Positions 28,530-38,459 of a stretch of DNA of 64,000 nt are shown in pieces. The stretch lies in contig OZ024752.1 in NCBI GenBank assembly GCA_964016885.1, positions 30,628,001 through 30,692,000 on the forward strand, in the 5' to 3' direction. A program made the translations under genes and the position numbers. Below the pieces are notes generated by a model. That model was not told the origin of the DNA, searched no databases, and saw only the letters and a list, made by a program, of their open reading frames with translations. Numbering within the stretch: position 1 is the first letter of the stretch; every line of letters begins with the position of its first letter. This DNA is from Eledone cirrhosa. Lineage: Eukaryota.

Positions 28530-28717
28530 TCCTATTAAAGCAAGACACGGTCACCCAATCAATCTTGCCTCAAGTGGGACAATTCCCGTCTAGCCCATGT
28601 TAGCATGAAAGATAGACGTTAAATGATGATATATATATATATATATTATGGTAAAAGATTGGGAGGCCATATCCGTAGTAAGTAGAGCACTCAGTCCAAA
28701 GGATGAATTCAGTATAG

Positions 28718-28852
28718 AGTTAGATCCACAATAAATTAGCAAACCATACTCAAGGACGTACGTTTCACCAAGCGGATTTTCAACGGTTGAAAATCCGCTT
28801 GGTGAAACGTACGTCCTTGAGTATGGTTTGCTAATTTATTGTGGATCTAACT
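28718..28852. repeat. Perfect palindrome (67-bp arms) with a 5'-truncated hammerhead-like motif
   Basis: Centre CAAC-G-GTTG at 28785. Right arm reads TTGAAAA-TCC(GCTT)GGT-GAAA-CGTACG-T-C. Confidence 0.85.
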
Positions 28853-29156
28853 TGGTATAATATGTGTTAGTTAAATAACTGACACTAGTGTACACAGGAT
28901 AGAGCACTCATGCAATGTAGATGGAGGTCTGTATACTCCGGAGTATAAGTATAATAATTGTTTCTTTTTTTTGCACAAGGCCAGCAATTACCCAGTGCAT
29001 TACTGGTACTTTATTTTATCGACCCCGTAAGGATGAAAGGCAAAGTTAACCTCGGCAGGATTTGAACTCAGAATGGCAAGGGCCGTAACTCTATGCGTCA
29101 AAGCATGGCATCCGACCCTCTACCGATACTGCCAGTATAATAATGAAGTAGAAATC

Positions 29157-29426
29157 AACAGGTTAAGATTTACCTCATTTATTCATTACGCAATCGCTGT
29201 TGAGGTCATAACTGTTACATACTAACTGTTATGTAACAGTTATGACCTCATCAGACAGCTTTTAAGTGAACAGAAAGTTATATGAATAAAAATAAGATGA
29301 CATGTCATCTTATTTTTATTCATGTAACTTTCTGTTCAATTAATAACTGTTTAATGAGGTTGTAACATTAAAATACGTATAACAGCGATTGTGTAATGAA
29401 TAAATGAGGTAAATTCAAACATGTTA
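29157..29426. repeat. Nested imperfect palindromes with degenerate hammerhead remnants
   Basis: Outer inverted repeat centred on GACATGTC (~29302), with an inner hairpin at ~29201-29250. CTGATGA core on the - strand at ~29248-29254. Confidence 0.75.
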
Positions 29427-30123
29427 TATATACATATGGTATATTTTACATATACATATAGTATATTTTATATATACATATATATACTACTAAAAGTCTA
29501 AAGTTTGTATCGAGCCCGGAGGCTTATCCCGGTTTCTATGGCATAAAGTGACTAAAAGTACAAGACTCCTCCCTGGACAAGGCACCAGTCTATCACAGGG
29601 TTAACCCCCTCCCCAGCTATTCCTGGTACACATTTTCAGCTGAGTATACTGGAGCAACATGAAATGAACTACAACACACAACTCAGCCCAGAAATCAAAC
29701 CTGTGACATTATGATCATAAGTGCAATGCCCATACCACTAGGCCACGTACCTCCACTACATAAAGTTAAATAGAACCCACACACCTTTGTTAAAAATCAC
29801 ACTTCTTATCAACTTGGCCATTCACTTCTTTGATAGAAACTTGTCTGTTTAACGCACAAATATAAAGGAATGTATTAATTTTTTAATATAAAAAATGAAG
29901 TTATAGATTAATTTGAACATTTGAAAAATCTCTTTCCTAAAAGTTGAAAAATTTAGACTCATAAAATATTGTTTCTGTATTCTGAAAAAGGAAAGCAGCA
30001 ATGCTTCCCTTTTTACTAGTAAGAGACTATTTATGGCATGAAAAGAGACAGAAACATTTGAAATTTAAAAAAACAATTTCAATGTAAAATTTAAATTAAA
30101 ATGCTAAATTTTGTTAATTTTTG

Positions 30124-30204
30124 CTACTTAGATTTTGATTTTAGATATTTTGGGTAATTTTTACATGCTGTGTTCATCTGTGTCAAGAATGCCGGAACTG
30201 CCGT
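30124..30204 (-). CDS. PCTP: PCTP exon 6 (terminal)
   Basis: Acceptor tttttcag. Encodes TAVPAFLTQMNTACKNYPKYLKSKSK*, the C-terminal START helix. The six exons total 651 nt = 216 aa + stop. Confidence 0.9.
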   Translation of the reverse strand, partial: TAVPAFLTQMNTACKNYPKYLKSKSK

Positions 30205-30229
30205 CTGAAAAATGAAAGAAAAATAACAT

Positions 30230-30510
30230 TTAACCTGTTGACTGCTGCATATATTTTACACAGCGACAGTTACTGTGCCGGGGTTTTTTCTTCAGCAAAA
30301 TGACTATTTCTTTAAACAAACATTTATTAACAACACATATCTGAATGATTGACAAACTTCACATCAATAAACTAGTAACCCCATCTAGCTTTGAAGTTAT
30401 GAACTTTTGGAAATAAGTTCAAACATGTTAGGAAAAGTTATCTCATCCGTGGCACTAGAATACATTCAAGTTAGGATGATTTATCTCGTCTATGGCACTG
30501 AAGAGGTTAA
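30230..30510. mobile_element. Second TTAA-flanked MITE, beside the PCTP exon 6 acceptor
   Basis: Imperfect TIRs TTAACCTGTTGACTGC...GCACTGAAGAGGTTAA. Confidence 0.55.
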
Positions 30511-31140
30511 ATAACAAATATATACAAAACAAAACAAAACAAAACAATAAGGTACTATAAATAAATGAGAATTTATCTTATTTATTTAATTTATCTGCAA
30601 CACTTAAAGTAAATATGGTGACAGATATTGCTCAATATGTAAAATGATGGTAAGCAAACACTGAATGAGTTTATAAATGGCCCAGTAAGATTTCTGGCAA
30701 ACAGACAGAAGCATTCTAGAACAATATTTTTAGATGTAGTTGATGAACTAAAATACTTGGCACCAGATATTAGCATGAAATAAAGATTGTATTTTAAGTG
30801 GAAGCAATTAAAGATAAGAAAGATATTTTTAATAATTTATTTCTAGGATAAATATATGACTAAATTTATTGGAAGTAACCATTTATATGGATAAATGTAA
30901 AGTTAGAATCCAGAACCTAGGACCTTGTGATTTGTGATTAGAAAGGGAACTTCTTATTATAGCAACATTGGAAATGCATTGTGTTATGTGTGTGAGTAAA
31001 TACACATGTATTACTATGGTTGATAAATATATATATACAAGAACCTCTCTATGAAGAGTCACAGAAATAGATGACATGAATAAAAATATAGCAATGGTCA
31101 TAAAAGGAATAGTGTTAACACAATAAACATTAATTTTCTA

Positions 31141-31810
31141 CTTAGTGATGAGAACTTCAGGGATCAGGGAGTTGTTCCAAGTAGAGTAGCTACTTCCTTG
31201 CATTGAGAACACAGGGAGTTATTCCAAGTAGAGTAGCTTAGTGATGAGAACTTCAGAAATCAGAGATCAGAGTTCAGAGAGTTGTTCTAAGTAGAGTAGC
31301 TACTTCTCCCCATCGAGAGCTCAGGGGATTATTCCAAGTAGAGTAGCTTAGAGATGAGAACTTCAGAGATCAGAGTTCAGAGAGTTGTTCTAAGTAGAGT
31401 AGCTACTTCTCTCCACCGAGAGCTCAGGGAGTTATTCCAAGTAAAGTAGCTTAGAGATGAGAACTTCAGAAATCAGAGTTCAGAGAGTTGTTCTAAGTAG
31501 AGTAGCTACTTCTCTCCATCGAGAGCTCAGGGAGTTATTCCAAGTAGAGTAGCTTAGAGATGAGAACTTCAGAGCTCAGGGAGTTGTTCTAAGTAGAGTA
31601 GCTACTTCTCTCCATCGAGAGCTCAGGGGGTTATTCCAAGTAGAGTAGCTTAGAGATGAGAACTTCAGAGATCAGAGCTCAGGGAGTTGTTCTAAGTAGA
31701 GTAGCTACTTCTCTCCATCGAGAGCTCAGGGGGTTATTCCAAGTAGAGTAGCTTAGTGATGAGAACTTCAGAGATCAGGCAGTCGTTCCAGGAAGACTAG
31801 CTACTTTTCT
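31141..31810 (+). repeat. Composite minisatellite (~95-100-bp unit of two related subunits) derived from LINE coding sequence
   Basis: ~6 repeats of GATGAGAACTTCAGAG..AAGTAGAGTAGCTACTTCTCTCCATCGAGAGCTCAGGG..CCAAGTAGAGTAGCTTA. Confidence 0.85.
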
Positions 31811-31969
31811 GCATCAAGAGATCAAAGCTCTGGTACTACAGACATGTTGTTCGAATGTCAAAAAAAAAAAGAATTGCTGGACGGATTTTATGGACAAAAC
31901 CAACCCAGAGGTAGACGATAAGCAGGAGACCCAGGGGTAGACCATGAGCAAGATAGAATGGATACAAAC

Positions 31970-32037
31970 TTTTGCAGCCCAGTTAATTAACCAAGTTGGA
32001 ATCATGCCTTTAGGATCATCATAGTACTGCATGAAAA
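31970..32037 (-). CDS. PCTP: PCTP exon 5
   Basis: Acceptor ttctag. Encodes (V)FMQYYDDPKGMIPTWLINWAAK (START motif DPxGxIPxWLINWAAK); 68 nt. Donor AAA|GTTTGT. Confidence 0.92.
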
Positions 32038-32066
32038 CTAGAAAGGAAGAAAAATATTACAATATA

Positions 32067-32785
32067 GTATTACACATGTATGTCTGTGTGTATTACACAT
32101 GTATGTCTGTGTGTGTGTATGAGAAAGTGTCTGATGTAAGTGTACTACACATGTATGTCTGTGTGTGTGTACTACACATGTATGTCTGTGTGTGTGTATG
32201 AGAAAGTGTCTGATGTAAGTGTACTACACATGTATGTCTGTGTGTGTGTATTACACATGTATGTCTGTGTGTGTGTATTACACATGTATGTCTGTGTGTG
32301 TGTACTACACATGTATGTCTGTGTGTGTGTATGAGTATGTATGTCTGTGTGTGTATGAGTATGTATGTCTGTGTGTGAGTGTATTACACATGTATATATG
32401 TGTGAGTGTACTACACATGTATGTCTGATGTAAGTGTATTACACATGTATGTCTGTGTGAGTGTACTACACATGTATGTCTGTGTGTGAGTGTATTACAT
32501 ATGTATGTCTGTGTGTGAGTGTATTACACATGTATATCTGTGTGTGAGTGTATTACACATGTATGTCTGATGTAAGTGTATTACACATGTATGTCTCTGT
32601 GTGTGCATGAGTATGTATGTGTGTATTACACATGTATGTCTGTATGTGTGTATTACACGTGTATGTGTGTATGAGTATGTCTGTATGTGTGTATTACACA
32701 TGCATGTCTGTGTGTGTGTGTATGAGTAAATATGTCTGTATGTGTGTATGAGTATACAGACATATATGTATTACATATGTATGTC
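32067..32785. repeat. Degenerate ~26-28-bp minisatellite GTATTACACATGTATGTCTGTGTGT
   Basis: Directly visible; lies immediately upstream of the PCTP exon 5 acceptor. Confidence 0.88.
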
Positions 32786-33117
32786 TTGGCAGCCATCTTC
32801 CCTTATAGAGAATGTTATTTATACTTTCAACAAGAGGAGATATTTGAAGCAGACTTTAGTTGTCTTTCACCTCAATTTAGAGTGAAATAAATAAATGACT
32901 ATATTTAAATACTGTCGTTATTTTATGGACAAAATGGCAGTCATCGATTGTAAATTGAAATGATGTTGAAATTCACAAAAATTTGTAACTTGATAGAATT
33001 TGTGGAAACATGAGATTTCTTTAAATGTGTCAGAAATCAATATATAGATCTCCAGCTAACAATATATAGATCAACCAGTTGACAATATCTAGATCATCTA
33101 GCTGACAATATATAGAT

Positions 33118-33881
33118 CAGAGGTTCTCAAACATTTTGGGCCACTGCCCCCACCTCATGGCCATGTAATACCCTCAGCCCACTCCCCCACCACCCTATTT
33201 CCAGAGAGACCTGCCTCCATGCAAATTGTAAATATTATATAATAAATAAAATCATTAATTTATATATAATCATCACCATCATCATCGTCGTCGATTAACG
33301 TCTATCTTCCATGCTAGCATGGGCTAGACGGGTTTGTCCCAATGAGAGGCAAGTTGGGTTGGGTGACCGCATCTTGCTCATATAGGAGAGTTTCCGGTTG
33401 GTTTTCTACGGCTGGATGCCCTTCCTAACGCCAACCACATTGACAGTGTGTGCTGGGTGCTTTTTGCTGTGTCTTTTACATGTCCACTTTACAGTGTGGG
33501 CTGGGTGTTTGGGGGCTGGTTTTCTACGGCTGGATGCCCTTCCTAATGCCAACAACATTTGTTGTGTGTGCTGGGTACTTTTTGTTGTGACATCAATATA
33601 ATACAGTATATACTATATCATCATCATCGTCATCATCATCATTTTATGTCTGCTTTTCCCTGCTTGCAAGGGTTGGATGGGTCCTATTCAGCACAGCATC
33701 TCTCCACTTGTCACAGTCCTTATTTTACTATATTTATATATAATATGTATCATTTGATATTTTAATTTACCATTATATCATCTCTACCACCCAACCGCAT
33801 CACCCTTGTAGGCCTCAGCGCTCCCCTGGACCTTCTCAATGCCACCTGGGGTGGTGGTAGCTCCCACTTTGAGAACCTATG
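33118..33881. mobile_element. hAT-like MITE with nested SINE/LINE-tail insertions
   Basis: Ends CAGAGGTTCTCAAA / TTTGAGAACCTATG. 8-bp flanks ATATAGAT / ATATAAAT. Confidence 0.7.
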
Positions 33882-34287
33882 ATATAAATCATCTAGTTAA
33901 CACAGATAGAATGATAGAAGATCCAATATTCTGAATTTGTTTCAGTTTGTAAGATTTGAAATTACCAGTTACAAAATATTAATTGATAATTGAATTATAA
34001 AGAAATGCTGACCACATATTTAATTTAGAGATGTATATAGTACTGACAACATGATAATGTACAAATTAAGTTTCTCCCTGGTGTGTTGCATGAAACTATA
34101 TATATCTCCTCATCATTATCACCGTTTTACGTCTAATCTTCCAGGGTTAGACGAGTTGTCCTGTTGTGGGCAATGCCAGGTGACCATATCTTGCTCATAC
34201 AGAACTGATTTTTTGCTTGATTTCTACAGCTGGATGCCCTCCCTAACACCAACCTCATTTACAGTGAGTACTAGGTGCTTTTTTGTT

Positions 34288-34510
34288 GTGACGCCTACAC
34301 GACCACATTACAGTGTGAACTGGGACCTATTTTGTCGTGACACCTACACGACCACATTACAGTGTGAACTGGGACCTATTTTGTCGTGACACCTACACGA
34401 CCACATTACAGTGTGAACTGGGACCTATTTTGTTGTGACACCTACACGACCACATTACAGTGTGAACTGGGTGTTTTAGTCATGACACCTACATGACCAC
34501 TTTACAGTGG
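34288..34510. repeat. 49-bp tandem repeat (~4.5 units) within a LINE-3'UTR-like element
   Basis: Unit GTGACACCTACACGACCACATTACAGTGTGAACTGGGACCTATTTTGTC. Confidence 0.85.
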
Positions 34511-34686
34511 GAGGGGGTGGGGGTACTGTCTATATGCTTCAGCTTCAGCTTGTATATATAAATAATGTAGAAAATTATATGTTTAAGAAAGCTAAGACAA
34601 TGAGAAATGGACTTTAAAATTTAGTTTAAATGAAGGCAATGAAAAATATTGTGTTACCTGGTATTTATTATCTATCTATCTATCTA

Positions 34687-35015
34687 TAGAGAGGTGCTGT
34701 ACCCCAGCAAATTTTATAAAAGGTAGGTGAATGTGGCAAAGATGGCCCGAGTGGTTGGGCCTTCTCTCTATATAAGCCTGTAGGTTGAGGAAAAAGAGAA
34801 AGAGAGAAGGGGAGTACTCACTCTTGGTGCTCCTGGAGATGAGGATTGTACATTTTTTCGGGGTGTGTACGACCCCTGTGTAACGCCTCCCCCCTATTGG
34901 GAATTTCAATTGTTATTTGTTATTTTATTAATAGTTTTATTTTCATATAGCTGTATGTAAACTCCCCGTTTGTATTTGTCCCCTTCTTTTGTGCCCTTGT
35001 GGCTAATAAAAAAAT
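34687..35015 (+). mobile_element. 3' fragment of the same Tx1/L1-type LINE family
   Basis: Similar to the reverse complement of 16066-16400 (REVLYPSKFY..SLYISL*, then 3'UTR ending GTGGCTAATAAA). Confidence 0.85.
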
Positions 35016-35035
35016 TTATCTATCTATATATATAC

Positions 35036-35071
<36 letters not shown>

Positions 35072-35263
35072 TAGGTATAAACCGAAGTTGTAGCTACCAC
35101 AAAGCAATCAATGGAGTGAAAAGTAAAAACATTAACGTCCAGAGTAAACACAACAGTTATAAAGGGTGACACCAAGAAAAACTACTGAAGGCACTGGCCA
35201 TACATATATCACAACGATAGATACAGAAAGGTTTAAATATATATATATATATATATATATATT

Positions 35264-35395
35264 TATTTATTAAAATAACAAATTAAAGTTTAAGCAAAGA
35301 ATCGCTGCTTTCACCCTTAACGGAATGAGAAGATCCTGTTATGGGTGAAAGCAGCGATTCTTTGCTTAAACTTTAATCTGTTATTTTAATAAATA
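35264..35395. repeat. Fold-back element with degenerate hammerhead-like motif
   Basis: ~57-bp inverted arms. Right side reads GAAT-GAGAAGA-TCCT(GTTAT)GGGT-GAAA-GCAGCG-ATTC. Confidence 0.8.
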
Positions 35396-36489
35396 TTTGC
35401 TCTAGGGTTCTTATATATTTGATATATATATTTATCCTTATCGAGCCCTCTTTGGATTTTAGTCTTCACATTTATTATTATAACTATATATATATATATA
35501 TATTTATATATAGAAATATAAATTCAGCGAGAATCGCATTTCGGCGGGTAGAAAAAGCGAAACGTAACGCAAATTCAGAGTCATGCTGGAAAGCGCTCAA
35601 TGGCGAAAAATCCAGAGCTATAAACATAGGTTATAAATGCCATTCAAACTGAGAAGGCAGTCAAGAAGGCATTAACCACCTAAGCCAAAAAACAAGTCAA
35701 GCTAAACAGGTCAGACAAAATAAATGACATAATAATATATATATATATATCATCATCATCATCGTTTAACGTCCATGTTCCACGCTTGCATGGGTTTGGA
35801 CGGGAGTTTTCCCACTTGAGGCAAGAGTGGTTGTCTTGCTCACATAGGACTGTCTGGCGGGTTTTCTACAGCTGGATGCCCTTCCTAACACCAACCACAT
35901 TTACAGTGTGGGGCTGGGAGGTTTTTACCGTGTTGCCTACACGGCCACATTACAGCGTGGACTGTGTGTTTTTTGTCGTGACACCTACACGATCTCATAT
36001 ATATATATATATATATATATACAAATACACATGTATATTTATATATATGTAAATGTGGTTAGCATTAGGAAGGGCATCCAGCCATAGAAAATCAGCCAGA
36101 CACCCCTATATGACCGAAATACAGTCACCCGACACAACTTGCCTAAAAATACGACCCATCTAACCCATGCTAGCGTGGAAGATGGGCGTTAATCGATGAT
36201 GATGATGATGTGTGTGTGTGTAGATAAGTAGCTGTAAAACAATTATTGCATATAATCTGAGTTTACTCAGCTGTAGAAATGAGATGATAGGACTGGGTCC
36301 CTATCATTCCACTGCAAAGTGGTCGTGGAGGTGCCACGGCAAAAAAACACCCAGCACTCACTGTAAATGAGGTTGGTGTTAGGAAGGGCATCCAGCTGTA
36401 GAAATCAAGCCAGAATCAGTTCCCGTCCCACCCTTGCAAGCAGGGAAAAATCGGATGTAAAATGAAATGATGATGATGATGATGAATCT

Positions 36490-36529
<40 letters not shown>

Positions 36530-36550
36530 AAATAAGAACAACTGAAATAC

Positions 36551-36725
36551 CTTTTGTGCCTCCTGATTCTTTTTTAGAAATTACCAAACTTTGGTAGTAG
36601 TCGTCTACTCTGATAGTCATCCACTTCTCTGGGAAATGAGTTGATTCATCAATACTTTGAGCCATAATCACATACACTTTGTCTCCTTTCCAATCAATAA
36701 CACGCTGTTCTCTCTTATATACATA
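36551..36725 (-). CDS. PCTP: PCTP exon 4
   Basis: Encodes YVYKREQRVIDWKGDKVYVIMAQSIDESTHFPEKWMTIRVDDYYQSLVISKKESGGTK; 175 nt. Donor G|GTATTT. Confidence 0.9.
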
Positions 36726-38173
36726 CTATATATTAGGTTAAGGTCTGATAAACAGTTCAATGTTAGAGATATACATGTTTCCCTTCGTGCTCAGATTTAT
36801 GTATGTTCTGTAAAAGAACATTTTTTTGGTAATACAGATACATTTTTACACTTCTCACTTAATAAATCTAATAAAAAACATGTTTGCAGCTATAGTTTCT
36901 GATTTTAGTGCTGGTGGGTCTACAATAAAATACACCCAGTGTCTCCTGTAAAGTAACAGTACTAGTGTCATGATAAAATGTACATGGACCATGCTGTAAA
37001 GTGGTTGGTGTTAGGAAAAGTATAGAATACAGTTTTATAATATGTTTGTTTGGAAATTGGTTTTCTTGAAATTGATGGTTTGATCTTTGAAAGACTTTTC
37101 CTATATGAACCAATATTTTCTAATTTGACAGAATTAAAGCAAGGCGCAGGCATGGAGAGACAGAGCTATGGCTGTGGGGCTATGGTTTGGGGTTCTGAAG
37201 TTCCACTGCATGGTGGTGGTAATGACAATGATGATGGTGGCGGTTGTCGTAATGGTGATGATGATGATGGTAGTGTTGGTGGTCTTGATGGTGATGATGA
37301 TGAGGTGGTAGTGATGGTGATGGTGATGGTGATGGTGGCATTGGTAGTGGCAGTGATGGTGGAGGTGATGGTGGATGGTAATGATGCTATCCTGCTTATA
37401 TAATTAGTTTTCATTATCATTATTAAACAGGCAGAGTTGGTAGACGGTTGGACATGCTTTCCAGCATAGTTATGTCCCTTTACGATCTGAGTTCAAATCC
37501 CGCCAAGGTTAACTTTGCCTTTCATCCTTACGAGATCGATAAAATAAAGTACCTGTAATGTACTGAGTAATTGCTGGCCTTGTGCCGAAAGTAGAAACAA
37601 TTATCATTATTAAACAATAATAGGGCGGTGGATTGGCAGTATCGGTAGTGGGTCGGACGCCATGCTTTGACGCATAGAGTTATGACCCTTGTCATTCTGA
37701 GTTCAAATCCCTCTGAGGTTAACTTTGCCTTTTATCCTTATGGGGTCAATAAAATAAAGTACCTGTAATGTACTGGGTAATTGCTGGCCTTATGCCAAAA
37801 GTAGAAACAATTATTAAACAATAATAAAATAAAGTACCAGTAATACACTGGGATAATTGCTGGCATTGTGCCAAAAGTAGAAACAATTATTAAACAGTCT
37901 TGGCGGTGGATTGGCAGTATCGGTAGAGGGTCGGACGCCATGCTTTGACGTATAGAGTTACGGCCCTTGTCATTCTGAGTTCAAATCCTGCTGAGGTTAA
38001 TTTTACCTTTTATCCTTACGGGGTCGATAAAATAAAGTACCAGTAATGCACTGGGGTAATTGCTGGACTTGTGCCAAAAGTAGAAACAATTATCATTATT
38101 AAACCTCTTTAAATCTCATAGTGAAGATATAAAAATTATATTTTTTCTGAAAAACTTAACATTTAAAGGATAC
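36726..38173 (-). other. U12-type (minor spliceosome) GT-AG intron, PCTP intron 3
   Basis: 5' splice site GTATCCTTT (38173-38165). Branch site CCTTAAC (36743-36737) ends 11 nt before the end of the intron. No polypyrimidine tract. Confidence 0.9.
37430..38100 (+). mobile_element. Tandem array of ~3.5 copies of an ~190-bp SINE (Nin-domain-like core) inside the U12 intron
   Basis: Repeated GGCGGTGGATTGGCAGTATCGG..GAGTTCAAATCC..TTTGCCTTTCATCCTTACGGGGTCGATAAAATAAAGTACC. Further copies at ~3318-3445, 14012-14196, 23847-24066, 25420-25765, 28953-29135, 41302-41505, 45360-45530 and 63536-63650. Confidence 0.85.
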
Positions 38174-38253
38174 ATCACGATAAGACATTGGTTTTGGAAA
38201 TTTCACATTCCAGTAGATAAGATGTTTATTTTCCACCTCTTTTTCAAACAGTT
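38174..38253 (-). CDS. PCTP: PCTP exon 3
   Basis: Acceptor ttttacag. Encodes (E)LFEKEVENKHLIYWNVKFPKPMSYRD; 80 nt. Followed by U12-type donor GTATCCTTT. Confidence 0.92.
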
Positions 38254-38459
38254 CTGTAAAAGACATAGGAAAAACATATATATATTATCCAATCAATGCA
38301 AGCATGGAAAAGTGTACGTAAAAGTGATGATGATGATGATGATGAGGTTACATTAACAAATTTAAATAACAGTTTATTTCATCTCTTTTTCTGAGAATAA
38401 AAATTGGTTATGTCTCACGAGTCAACTTGTTTAACCCATGCTAGTTTGGAAAATAGACA

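Noticed and set aside
31141-31810. CRISPR-like regular repeats (also 49347-49740 and 54095-54479)
   Set aside because: Units are contiguous with no unique spacers, there are no cas genes, and the context is eukaryotic.
31957-31965. GTATCCATT on the - strand, resembling a second U12 donor 4 nt into PCTP intron 5
   Set aside because: It would shift the frame, it mismatches the consensus, and the downstream acceptor has a U2-type pyrimidine tract.
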